Below are positions 8,124-18,088 of a stretch of 64,000 nt of DNA, one piece after another; positions within the stretch are counted from its first letter, which is position 1, and every line of letters starts with the position of its first letter. The notes under the pieces were generated by a model. That model made no database searches, had not been told where the DNA came from, and saw only the letters and a program-made list of their open reading frames with translations. Source of the DNA: Syntrophales bacterium (GTDB lineage: Bacteria > Desulfobacterota > Syntrophia > Syntrophales > UBA6807); contig JAXGPA010000004.1 in assembly GCA_040767195.1 (NCBI GenBank), positions 128,001 through 192,000 of the forward strand, in the 5' to 3' direction. Position numbers and translations under genes: made by a program.

Positions 8124-10817
8124 TCACGCCGCTTCGACTCTCACGGCGCAGACCTTGTACTCGGGAATTTTTCCGATGGGGTCGAGAACGGGATTCGTCA
8201 AGCGGTTGACCGCCGTTTCCTTGAAATGGAAATTCATGAACACCACCCCTTCCGGTACCCGTTCCACGAGGGTTGCCTTCGCCCGGATCTGGCCCCGTCG
8301 GGTGGTCAAAAGGACTTGGGCCCCCTCGGTGACGCCCAGTTTGCCGCCGTCCCGGGGGTTCACTTCCACGAGGCTTTCCGGGGATCGCTCGTTCGGCCCC
8401 TTGGCCCGCCGGGTCATTGTCCCGGTGTGGTAGTGGTAAAGTACCCGGCCCGTGGTGAGGAGATAGGGGTACTCCTCGTCGGGGACCTCGGCGGGAGGAA
8501 TGTATTCGACGGTGTGAAAGAGGCCCCGTCCCCGGGTGAACATGTCCTTGTGAAGATACCGGGTCCCGGGGTGTTCCGTGTTGGGACAGGGCCACTGGAG
8601 GCCGCCCTGCTCCAGGCGTTCGTACGTGATCCCGCCATAGCTCGGCGTCAGGGTGTTGATCTCCGTCATGATTGCTTCCGCCGAATCGTAGTACATGGGA
8701 TATCCCATCTTCGAGGCCAGGCGGGCGATGATCAGCCAGTCGGGGAGGGCTACGCCGGGAGGTGAAACGGCCTTGCGGATCCGCTGCACGCGCCTTTCCG
8801 TGTTGGTGAAGGTCCCGTCTTTCTCGGCGAAGCATGCCGACGGCAGGACGACATGGGCAAATTCCGCCGTTTCGTTGAGAAAAATGTCCTGAACGACGAG
8901 GAGATCGAGATTTTTCAGGGATTCGGCCACGTGGTCCAGGTCCGGATCGCTCAGCATGGGGTTTTCGCCCATGATGTAAAGACCCTTGATTTTTCCCGCG
9001 TGGGCGGCGTTCATTATCTCGACGATCGTGAGACCGGGCGCCGGCGGAAGGGAAGCGCTCCAGGCTCTCTCGAATTTTTTCCGCGCTTCCTCATTTCCCA
9101 CCTGCTGGTAGCCGGTGAACACGTTGGGGAGAGCGCCCATGTCGCAGGCGCCCTGCACGTTATTCTGGCCCCGGAGCGGGTTGACGCCGCCCGATTCGAT
9201 TCCCACATTGCCGCAGAGCATGGCCAGGTTGGCCACCGACTTCACGTTGTCCGTGCCCGTGATGTGCTGGGTGATCCCCATGGCGTAAAGAATGGACGCC
9301 TTCCCGGCACCGGCATACACCCGGGCCGCCTTGCGGAGATCCTCCGCCGGCACGCCGGAAATTTTCTCGACGTATTCGGGCGTGTATTTCCGGACGACTT
9401 CCCGCAGTCCATCAAAACCCTCGGTGCGGCTCTCGATGTATTTCTTCGCCTCGAGTCCCTCGCTCAGGATGACGTTCATCAGCCCGTTCAGAACGGCCAC
9501 GTCGGTGCCCGGCCGCTGACGGAGCCAGATATGGGCGTAGCGGACAAGGCCGATCTCCCTCGGGTCGATGACGATGAGTTTCGCCCCCCGCTGGCGGACC
9601 GCCCGTTTCACCCGGGAGCCGATGACGGGGTGATTCTCCGTCGTGTTCGTTCCCGTGGCGAGGATGACGTCGGCGTATTCGATCTCCTCAACAGAGTTCG
9701 TCATGGCACCGCTTCCGAATGCGGCGGCCAGACCGGCCACCGTAACGGAGTGTCAGAGACGGGCGCAGTGATCGACATTGTTCGTGCCGATCACCGCCCG
9801 CATGAATTTCTGGAACAGATAATTTTCCTCGTTGGTGCACCGGGCCGAGGAAAACCCGGCGATGCCGTCGGGACCGTATTTTTCCCTGATCTTCGAAAAC
9901 CCTTCGGCGATATATTCCAGCGCCTCGTCCCAGGTCGCTTCCTCGAGCTTTCCGTCCTTGCGCACGAGGGGCGTCTTGAGCCGGTCGGGGTGATCGACGA
10001 AATCCATGCCGAACCGCCCCTTGACACAGAGGCTGCCCATGTTCGGATCCCCGTATGCACGGTTTCCCGTCACCTTGATGATCTTTCCTTCGTGAACGTT
10101 AAGGTCGAGCTGACAGCCCACGCCACAGTATGTGCAGGTGGTCCTGACCTTTTCCGTCTCCCAGGGCCTCCCGGCAAAACGGGCCTGCCTGAACGTGATG
10201 GCGCCGACAGGACAGGCGTCGGCGCATTCCCCGCAGAAGACGCATTCCGAATCGATGTAATCCCTGTCAAAGGCGGGGCCGACCCTGGCATGGCTTCCCC
10301 GTCCCGCGAAATCAAGCACTTCGTTGACCTGAATTTCGTTGCAGGCCCGGACGCATCGGCCGCAGAGAATACACTTGTTGAGGTCTCTCTGGATCATGGT
10401 GTTCGAATTTTCCGGGGAATGGCCGGGGGGGATGATATTGAAACGGGGCTCCTCGATTCCCAGGATGTAGACGAGGTCCTGAAGATCGCAGTTACCGTTT
10501 TTTTCACAGGTGAGACAGTTGTGGTCCCCGGAGCTCCACAGCAGTTCCACGATCAGCCTTCTCGCATCGACGACGCGTCGGGTGTCCGTTCGGACAACCA
10601 TGCCGGGGCTGACGGGCATGGCGCATGCCGTTACAAGGGTTCGGGCGTTCTCGACCTCGACGACGCACACCCGGCAGGCGCCGACATTTGTGGTCCCTCC
10701 ATACTCGCAAAGCGTGGGAATCCTGATTCCGTTTTCCCGGGCCACCTCCAGGATGGTCTGCCCCGGGGATGCCTTATACACCCTCCCATTGATGGTCAGT
10801 TCCAGTTTCTCCCCCAT
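8124..10817 (-). CDS. fdhF: Selenocysteine-containing cytoplasmic formate dehydrogenase alpha subunit (FDH-1, 897 aa) with N-terminal [2Fe-2S]/[4Fe-4S] domains; UGA=Sec at 9753-9755
   Basis: ORFs 9753..10817 and 8124..9740 are in frame across a single [29 protein letters not shown]. Also [50 protein letters not shown]. Confidence 0.93.
9722..9742 (-). other. Bacterial SECIS-like hairpin of FDH-1
   Basis: CGGUGGCC-GGUCU-GGCCGCCG begins at the 11th nt 3' of the UGA, with the same GGUCU apical sequence as the E. coli fdhF SECIS. Confidence 0.8.
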
Positions 10818-11399
10818 GGCTTCTCCTTTTTTTTGTTTTTCTGGTCTTTTTCCCCCGGCAGGCGGTCGTGGCAGGAACCCGCCGCATCAGGCGACGGGCG
10901 TGAAGACAGGCTCGAAGGGGATTCCGGGAATGCGGGCGCTCTTGTCGACGGGGAATCGTCGTGAAAATACCGACAGATCCCGCCGGCCGGTCCCTGCCCT
11001 CCCATCAGGGGAAAATAGTTAAAATTGTTCATGAAACCTCTGTCAGAACCTCACCGGCATTGGGGTCCACAGCAGACTCTTCAAAAGCAGCATGACCATA
11101 CAATATTTTTCAGGATTTAACAATTCAAGAATGAAACCAAAAAAACCGGCTCTTTTTTGTCTTTGACAAGGAGGAGATCATTGGTTTAATCTATGTACAT
11201 CGAGTTCCTGCTCCATCTCTTTAATCCTTCGAAGCCATTTCCGGCCTTACCGAAACATCTCGGATCCCATTCGGCACTAAACGCGGTCGTGCCTTTTCGC
11301 GTTCCCTGTTCTCGCACTCCGGAGGCATCCCCCTCCCGGTGCGGGAAGCAGGGGGTGCACGAGTCAATTGAAATTTCAAGCATTCGGAGACGTGTCACC

Positions 11400-11780
11400 A
11401 TGTTTACAGAGATGAGATCCAGCAGGAGGTATGCCGCAAGGGAAGGAACCTGCGCGTCCTTCATGAACGCGAGGGTGTCCCCTTTCAACCGGATCGGGCA
11501 GGTCCTGGACATGAGCCCGTCGGGGATCGCCCTCAAGTATCTTTCCAACGATGAGGGATACGGAAAGGAACAGCCGGTGGTCATTGAAATGTTCACCGTG
11601 GCCCGGCCCGCCATGACAACGGGGAGAATTCCCTGCCGGGTCGCCTACGATGTCTCGCTCAAAAACAGCCCGCCAGGTTCCGTGGACATCCGCAGATGCG
11701 GCCTCAGGTTCGAGGAACTGTCGAACATCGAGTCCTGCCACGTGGAACAGTTTATGAGGTCCTGCACGTCCTTGGCCTAA
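11400..11780 (+). CDS. Stand-alone PilZ domain protein
   Basis: RSSRR (RxxxR) and DMSPSG (DxSxxG) c-di-GMP-binding motifs, RRCGLRFEELS. GGAG before ATG 11400. Confidence 0.8.
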   Translation: MFTEMRSSRRYAAREGTCASFMNARVSPFNRIGQVLDMSPSGIALKYLSNDEGYGKEQPVVIEMFTVARPAMTTGRIPCRVAYDVSLKNSPPGSVDIRRCGLRFEELSNIESCHVEQFMRSCTSLA

Positions 11781-11869
11781 TCTCTGCCGTCCATCCTTTC
11801 CGCGCGGGGGCGGCAGGGTTCGCGGGAAGACCCTCTCTTTGCCGCCGAGCGAGGAGGGTCCGTGAAAGG

Positions 11870-13150
11870 TCAAGCGGGAAAACGGGTCAGGAGATGCACC
11901 AGGTAGCGGGACTTCATCTGACGGCTCGCCATGGCCCGGTGAACGGGAGGCATTTTCAGGATCGCGCCCAAAATGGCCGCCATGGCGCGATGGCTTGTCA
12001 GGGCCTGGTTGTCAAAAATCAGGTGCTGGAGTTTCCCCCGCTCGACGGCCATGAGAACCACCCGGTGGGCCGTGTTCACGGGCGTGAGGACCCTGTCCGG
12101 CCGGGTCACCAGCGCGATCGCTTCCCTCGGACAAGCGCGGACGCAGACGCCGCATCCCAGGCAGGCTTCGGTGTCGATCCGGGCGATTCGTTTCGCCTTT
12201 TTTTTCGGGTCATTCGCGGAAACGAGGCCTAGCGCGCCCACGGGACAGAGAGAGACGCATTTTCCACACCCGTCGCAGGCATCCCTGTTCAACCGGGGGA
12301 GGAAACCGGTCGTGTGAACGGGATGGAGAAAGGCGAACCGCCGGGCAGCAATCATGGCCTCGCAGCAGCAGCCGCAGCAGTTGCAGATAAAATTGACTTT
12401 CTCTCGGACGTTCTCCCCAAACTGTACCAGGTTGTTCTCGTAGGCTTCGTCGAGAAGCGACAGGCCCTCTTCCACGCTCACTTTCCCGGCGATGCCGTGC
12501 CGGATGAGAGAAGAGGCCGTGTTGTTGAAAGTCATGCAGATATCCCTCGGGGCATCGCAGGCCTTACCCAGGTGCTCCATCTTGTGACGGCAGTAACAGA
12601 TGCCGACGGCCATCTCCGAGGCGGAACGAATGATGTGGGAGGCCCTCTCATAGTCGAGGACGTGCAGGGAAAGCTCCGGGGGCACGGCGGGCTCGTGGAC
12701 GAACACCCTCCCCAGGTTGGTTTCCCCGTCGGCAAAAAGGGCCCTGATGAAATCCTCCTCCACGTTCAGGTACTCGTAAAAAAGCTCGGCGAGGACGCCC
12801 TGGTCCACGTCCGACCGGACTCGCATCATGGAGAACTCGAAAAAGCCGGCCATGGGTGGCGGCAGGACATAGGTGGTCCGGCCGTTTTCTTCGATATCCA
12901 GGAGGATTCCTTTTTCTGCGAGGCTGTCCAGGAGGCGCTCCGACTCGGCGACGGACAGACCCCAGGCCCGGGAGGCCTTTTCGACGGTGAAAGGGCGGAT
13001 GGGCAGAAGGGCCACGTAACGGGCTTCCTTCTCCGTAAAAAGGAGCTCGAGGATGCGATAGAGGAGCCGGGACGGTGTCGCCCCCTGGGGGAAACGGTTC
13101 AACCGTTCCACGAGACTCCGGTAACCATCGCGTACAGACAGATGCCCCAT
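11870..13150 (-). CDS. Cys-rich iron-sulfur protein with C-terminal 2x[4Fe-4S] ferredoxin domain
   Basis: GICYCRH, ICMTF, ICNCCGCCC, CDGCGKCVSLCP, CLGCGVCVRACP. Start set at ATG 13150 (MGHLSV). Confidence 0.8.
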   Translation of the reverse strand: MGHLSVRDGYRSLVERLNRFPQGATPSRLLYRILELLFTEKEARYVALLPIRPFTVEKASRAWGLSVAESERLLDSLAEKGILLDIEENGRTTYVLPPPMAGFFEFSMMRVRSDVDQGVLAELFYEYLNVEEDFIRALFADGETNLGRVFVHEPAVPPELSLHVLDYERASHIIRSASEMAVGICYCRHKMEHLGKACDAPRDICMTFNNTASSLIRHGIAGKVSVEEGLSLLDEAYENNLVQFGENVREKVNFICNCCGCCCEAMIAARRFAFLHPVHTTGFLPRLNRDACDGCGKCVSLCPVGALGLVSANDPKKKAKRIARIDTEACLGCGVCVRACPREAIALVTRPDRVLTPVNTAHRVVLMAVERGKLQHLIFDNQALTSHRAMAAILGAILKMPPVHRAMASRQMKSRYLVHLLTRFPA

Positions 13151-13184
13151 GACCTGATACCTGAGGGTTGATACCTGACCTGAG

Positions 13185-13490
13185 GGTCGGACCAAGTTAT
13201 CTATTTGATACTATAAGTACTATTACCCAAAATCAAGGTGTTTTCAGGCCTTAAAAGGCCATTTTCCGGCGTAAAATGGACCCTCTAAGGGAACGTAGCC
13301 CTGGGAACCTTGCGTTTATCCATGATATCCAATACATATACGGTGACGCACGGTTTATTCACCTTCGCCATTTCGTAGTCACATCCTTAAAAGGCCTTTT
13401 TTAACGTTAAAAACACCCTTCTAAGCCAAAAAACCAGGGAAAATTCGATCAATAAAGTAGTTATATTAGATTGTTACCTTGGTCCGACCC
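13185..13490. mobile_element. ~306-bp AT-rich element bounded by 13-bp terminal inverted repeats (MITE-like, non-autonomous)
   Basis: GGGTCGGACCAAG at 13185-13197 and its reverse complement CTTGGTCCGACCC at 13478-13490. The interior is much more AT-rich than the flanks. No transposase and no clear target-site duplication. Confidence 0.45.
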
Positions 13491-14892
13491 CGGGGCTGCC
13501 GCCGCCGAGGGCGGTGTAGAGACGCACCCGGTTCGCAAGCTGTTTCAGCCGCACGGCGATGAGCGCCTTCTGGGCCACGTAGAGGGAGCGCTGGGCGTCG
13601 AGAACGCCAAGATAGCTGTCGACGCCTTTCTCGTAACGGATGTTCGAAAGGCGGTAGGTTTCGGCGGTGGCCTCGACGAGGGACCGCTGCGCCGCCACCT
13701 GCTCGTCCACCATCCCCAGGACGGCGAGGCCGTCGGCCACTTCCCTGAAAGCGTTCTGAATGGCCCTCTCGTAGCGGGTGAGGATGATCTTTTCTTCCGC
13801 CCGGGCGGCGTCATAGGCCGCCCACGTACGGGCGTCGAAAATGGGCAGCACGACGCCAGGCTGGAAGAGCCAGGTCCCCGAACCGGACCCGAAAAGACCG
13901 GAAAGCTCGGCGCTTGCCGTCCCCACGGCGGCGGTGAGGGAAATGCGGGGGAAGAAAGCGGCCCGGGCGGCACCAATGCTCGCGTTAGCCGCCTTCAGCT
14001 GGTGTTCCGCCGCCAGGATGTCGGGCCGTCCCAGGAGCACTTCCGAGGAGAGACCCGGCACGATTTCCCTGGGTGGGGAAACGCTGCCGAGATCGGCGGG
14101 GAGAAGGTCTTCAGGCACCGGAGACCCCGCCAGGAGAGCCAGGGCGTTTTCGCCCTGCGCCGCCGCCTCGACCTGGCGGGCCACATCGGCCCGGGCGCCG
14201 TCCACCGTCGTCTGGGCACGGCGGAGATCCAGTTCGGAGGTCAGCCCGTAGTCATAGAGCTTCTTGATCAAGCCGTAGGAGGCCTCCCGGGCCTCGAGGG
14301 TGGATTTGGCCAGTTCCAGGTTCTCCCGCTCCGCCGCCAGGGCCAGGTAAGCCGTCGCCACTTCCGAGATGAGGAGGATCTGTGCGCCCCGGCGGGCCTC
14401 CTCGGTGGCGAGGTACTCTTCCAGGGCCCGGTCCTTCAGGCTTCGGATGCGGCCGAAAAAGTCGATCTCCCAGGAAAAGACGCCCAGGTCCACGCTGTAC
14501 TGTTCCGACGTCCTTGCCTGTCCCGAATCGCTGAGGTCGGCGGGCACCCGCTTCCTCGTTCCGCTCCCGACGACGTCGGCGGCAGGAAAGAGCTCCGAGC
14601 GCTGGATTCGGTAAAGGGCCCGGGCCCTCTCCACGTTCAGGGCCGCCAGCCTGAGGTCCCGGTTGTTCTCCAGGGCCATTTCGACGACCTTCACCAGTTT
14701 TTCGTCGGTGATGAATGCCCGCCATGGAAGAGAGGGAACCTCCGGCGTTGTGATTTCCTTTCCCGCCTTCCGGTAGGCTTCGCCTTCCGGCCACGCGCCC
14801 GGGACAGGGGCCTCAGGCTTCGTGTACGTCGGGGCAAGGCTGCAGCCCGCCGTCAAGAGAATGATTCCGATGAGTAATAACGTCCTCTTCAT
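13474..14892 (-). CDS. RND efflux outer-membrane factor lipoprotein (OprM/NodT family)
   Basis: Lipobox LTAGC, ALENNRDLRLA, SWEIDFFGRIRSL, RPDILAAEHQL, AARAAFFPRISLT, LYTALGGG. Start at ATG 14892. Confidence 0.9.
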   Translation of the reverse strand: MKRTLLLIGIILLTAGCSLAPTYTKPEAPVPGAWPEGEAYRKAGKEITTPEVPSLPWRAFITDEKLVKVVEMALENNRDLRLAALNVERARALYRIQRSELFPAADVVGSGTRKRVPADLSDSGQARTSEQYSVDLGVFSWEIDFFGRIRSLKDRALEEYLATEEARRGAQILLISEVATAYLALAAERENLELAKSTLEAREASYGLIKKLYDYGLTSELDLRRAQTTVDGARADVARQVEAAAQGENALALLAGSPVPEDLLPADLGSVSPPREIVPGLSSEVLLGRPDILAAEHQLKAANASIGAARAAFFPRISLTAAVGTASAELSGLFGSGSGTWLFQPGVVLPIFDARTWAAYDAARAEEKIILTRYERAIQNAFREVADGLAVLGMVDEQVAAQRSLVEATAETYRLSNIRYEKGVDSYLGVLDAQRSLYVAQKALIAVRLKQLANRVRLYTALGGGSPGVGPR

Positions 14893-14893
14893 T

Positions 14894-17800
14894 TTATCGA
14901 TCCCCCGAAGAAGGATGGGTGTCCGCTTTTTCCGCCTCGAAGGCCGCCTTGTGTTTCCTCCCGAAAACCCTCTCCACAAGGACGAAGAAGAGCGGCGAGA
15001 AGAAGATGACGAGCAGGGTGGCCGTTACCACGCCCCCCACGACGCCGGTGCCGATGGCATTCTGCGCCCCGGCCCCCGCCCCCGTCGTCGAAGCCAGGGG
15101 AAGGACGCCGAACCCGAAGGCCAGAGACGTCATGACGATGGGGCGAAGCCGCAGTCTCGCCCCTTCCAGGGTCGCCTCCAGGAGCCCCATCCCTCCCTGT
15201 TCCATGCCCTGCTTGGCGAACTGGACGATGAGGATAGCGTTTTTCGTGGTCAGTCCCAGGATGGCGAGAAGCCCGATCTGGAAGTAGACGTCATTGGGGA
15301 AGTCCCGGAGGGACGTGGCGATGACGCCGCCGATGACCCCCAGGGGAAGGGCGAGCATGACGGAAATGGGGATGGTCCAGCTCTCGTAGAGGGCCGCCAG
15401 GCACAGGAAGATGACAAGAATGGAAAAGGCGTAGAGGATGGGTCCCTGGGCGCTGGCCATCCGTTCCTGGTACGACAGGCCGGTCCAGTCGTGGCCGATT
15501 CCGCTGCGCAGTTTCGTGACCAGTTCCTCCATGACCGCCATGGCCTCTCCGGAGCTTCTGCCGGGTGCCGGCTCGCCCCAGAGGTTCATGGAAGGAAAGC
15601 CGTTGAACCGCTCGAGCCTCGGGGAACCGGATGTCCAGTACCCGGTGGCAAAAGAGGAAAAGGGAACCATCCGTCCCGCGGTGTTCCGGACATACAGCTT
15701 TTCCAGGTCCCGGGGAAGCATGCGGTACGGGGCGTCGGCCTGGACGAAAACCCGTTTCACCCGCCCCCCCTGGATGAAATCATTCACATAGGTCCCGCCG
15801 AAAGCCGCCGAGATGGTGCTGTGGATGAGCGTGATGGGAACCCCCATGGCGCCCGCCTTCTCCCAGTCCACGTCAGTGCGGAACTCGGGCACGTCGTTCA
15901 TCCCGTTGGCCCGGACCTTGACGACCCGGGGGTCTTCCGACGCCAGGCGGAGAAGCTCGTTCCGCGCTTTCATGAGTTCGGTATGCCCGATGCCCCCCCG
16001 GTCGACCAGCTGGAAGTCGAACCCCGTGGCAATGCCCAGCTCGACGACGGACGGCGGGGGAAAGACGTACACAACGGCCCCGCGGATCTTCGCCAGGGCT
16101 CTCATGGCCCTTCCGGCGACGGCCTTGACCCGGAGGTCCTCCCGGTCGCGGAGATCCCAGTCCCGCATCTTGGCGAAAACCATGCCGTTGTTCTGAGCCC
16201 TCCCGGAGAAGCCGATACCGGAAATGGCCAGGCAGGATTCGACAGCCTCCTTTTCGTTCTCCTTGAAATAGAGGGCCACTTCATCGGCCACGGCCTGGGT
16301 CTGCTCCATGGTCGACCCCGTGGGCATGAGAATCTGGGCCAGGAGGATTCCCTGGTCCTCGTCCGGCAGATAAGAGGTGGGCATGCGCTGGTAGAGGAAA
16401 GCCATGAGGGCCACGATGAGGACGAAGAGAGCGAGATACCGCCTTTTCCTCCGGAGGACGTGGCCGACCATCTTCACGTACCCGTCGCGGGAGCGGAAAA
16501 AGAGGCGGTCGAACCAGCGGAAGAAGGGCCGGAGAAAGAAGATCGACGACTCCGACGGCGTGTGCCCCTTGGGAACGGGTTTCAGGAAGGTGGCGCACAG
16601 AACGGGCGACAGGATCAGGGCGACCACGACGGAAAGGAGCATGGAGGCGATGATGGTCACGGAAAACTGGCGGTAGATGACCCCCGTGGAACCGCCGAAG
16701 AAGGCCATAGGGCCGAAGACCGCCGAGAGCACGAGACCGATGCCCACGAGGGCGCTCGTGATCTGGTCCATGGCCTTCTTTGTCGCCTCCCGGGGCGGAA
16801 GGCCCTCCTCGCTCATGATCCGCTCCACGTTTTCCACGACGACGATGGCGTCGTCCACGAGGAGCCCGATGGAGAGCACCATGGCGAACATGGTGAGCAT
16901 GTTGATGGAAAAGCCGAAATACCCGAGAACGGCGAACGTCCCCAGGATCACCACGGGGACGGCGATGGTGGGGACGAGGGTCGCCCGGATGTTCCCCATG
17001 AAGAGATAGATGACCAGGAAAACGAGAAAGATGGCCTCGAAAAGGGTTTTCACGACTTCCCCGATGGCGACGCTGATGAAAGGCGTCGTGTCGTATGGAT
17101 AGACGACCTTGAGGCCGGGGGGAAAGAAGGGGCGCATCTCCTCCAGCTTGGCCTTCACGGCGTCGGCCGTGTCGAGGGCGTTGGCGCCGGCGGCCTGCCG
17201 GATGGCGAGAGCCGAGGCAGGCTTGCCGTCGAAATAGCCCTCGATGTCGTACTGCTCCGTTCCCAGTTCCGTCCGTCCCACGTCGCCGACCCGGACGACG
17301 GAACCGTCGGGGTTTGTCCGGATGGGGATGGCGGCAAACTCGTCGGGGGTCTTGAGGAGGCTCTGGACGATGATGGCGGCGTTCAGGCGCTGGCCTTCCA
17401 CCGCCGGGGCCCCGCCGAACTGTCCGGCGGAGACCTGGACATTGTAAGACTTGAGGGCCGCGACGACATCCGGTAAGGTCAGCCGGTAGCTCGTGAGCCG
17501 GTCGGGATCGAGCCAGATCCGCATGGCGTACTGGGTGCCGAAGGCTTCCACCTCCCCCACCCCCGGGATCCGGGACAGGATCTTCTCCAGGGTGGATTGG
17601 GCGTAATCCCGGAGATCGAAGCCGTCCATGCTCCCGTCCTCGGAAACGAGACCCACGATGAGAAGCCAGTTTCTCGTGGACTTGCTCACCTTGACGCCGC
17701 CCTGCTGAACCACGTCGGGAAGGCTCGCCATGGCGAGCTGAAGCTTGTTCTGCACCTGGGCCCAGGCGAGATCGGGGTCCGTTCCGGCGGTGAAGGTGAG

Positions 17801-18076
17801 GTCGATCCGGGAAGCGCCGGAAGAATCGCTGGTGGCGGACATGTAGAGCATCTTGTCGAAACCCGTCATCTTCTGCTCGATGATCTGGGTCACGCTGTTT
17901 TCCACCGTTTCCGCCGAGGCCCCCGGATAAAAAGAGTAGATGGAAATCGTCGGCGGCGCGATGGGCGGATACTGGGAAATGGGGAGGTTGTATATCGCCA
18001 GAGCACCCGCCAGCATGATGACGATGGCGATGACCCAGGCGAAGACAGGGCGTTCCAGGAAAAATCTCGAGAGCAT
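14894..18076 (-). CDS. acrB: RND efflux permease, HAE1 family (AcrB/MexB-like)
   Basis: MLSRFFLERPVFAWVIAI, GLLVDDAIVVVENVER, KNAILIVQFA, RLRPIVMTSLAF. Confidence 0.93.
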   Translation of the reverse strand: MLSRFFLERPVFAWVIAIVIMLAGALAIYNLPISQYPPIAPPTISIYSFYPGASAETVENSVTQIIEQKMTGFDKMLYMSATSDSSGASRIDLTFTAGTDPDLAWAQVQNKLQLAMASLPDVVQQGGVKVSKSTRNWLLIVGLVSEDGSMDGFDLRDYAQSTLEKILSRIPGVGEVEAFGTQYAMRIWLDPDRLTSYRLTLPDVVAALKSYNVQVSAGQFGGAPAVEGQRLNAAIIVQSLLKTPDEFAAIPIRTNPDGSVVRVGDVGRTELGTEQYDIEGYFDGKPASALAIRQAAGANALDTADAVKAKLEEMRPFFPPGLKVVYPYDTTPFISVAIGEVVKTLFEAIFLVFLVIYLFMGNIRATLVPTIAVPVVILGTFAVLGYFGFSINMLTMFAMVLSIGLLVDDAIVVVENVERIMSEEGLPPREATKKAMDQITSALVGIGLVLSAVFGPMAFFGGSTGVIYRQFSVTIIASMLLSVVVALILSPVLCATFLKPVPKGHTPSESSIFFLRPFFRWFDRLFFRSRDGYVKMVGHVLRRKRRYLALFVLIVALMAFLYQRMPTSYLPDEDQGILLAQILMPTGSTMEQTQAVADEVALYFKENEKEAVESCLAISGIGFSGRAQNNGMVFAKMRDWDLRDREDLRVKAVAGRAMRALAKIRGAVVYVFPPPSVVELGIATGFDFQLVDRGGIGHTELMKARNELLRLASEDPRVVKVRANGMNDVPEFRTDVDWEKAGAMGVPITLIHSTISAAFGGTYVNDFIQGGRVKRVFVQADAPYRMLPRDLEKLYVRNTAGRMVPFSSFATGYWTSGSPRLERFNGFPSMNLWGEPAPGRSSGEAMAVMEELVTKLRSGIGHDWTGLSYQERMASAQGPILYAFSILVIFLCLAALYESWTIPISVMLALPLGVIGGVIATSLRDFPNDVYFQIGLLAILGLTTKNAILIVQFAKQGMEQGGMGLLEATLEGARLRLRPIVMTSLAFGFGVLPLASTTGAGAGAQNAIGTGVVGGVVTATLLVIFFSPLFFVLVERVFGRKHKAAFEAEKADTHPSSGDR

Positions 18077-18088
18077 GGCGGGCCTCCG

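Noticed and set aside
11290..11360. c-di-GMP riboswitch in the pilZ leader
   Set aside because: A long GC hairpin is present, but the conserved GEMM elements are not.
13286..13372. 28-codon ORF (MAKVNKPC...) inside the inverted-repeat element; coordinates approximate
   Set aside because: Very short, RBS poorly spaced and no recognisable motif, so I cannot support it as a gene.
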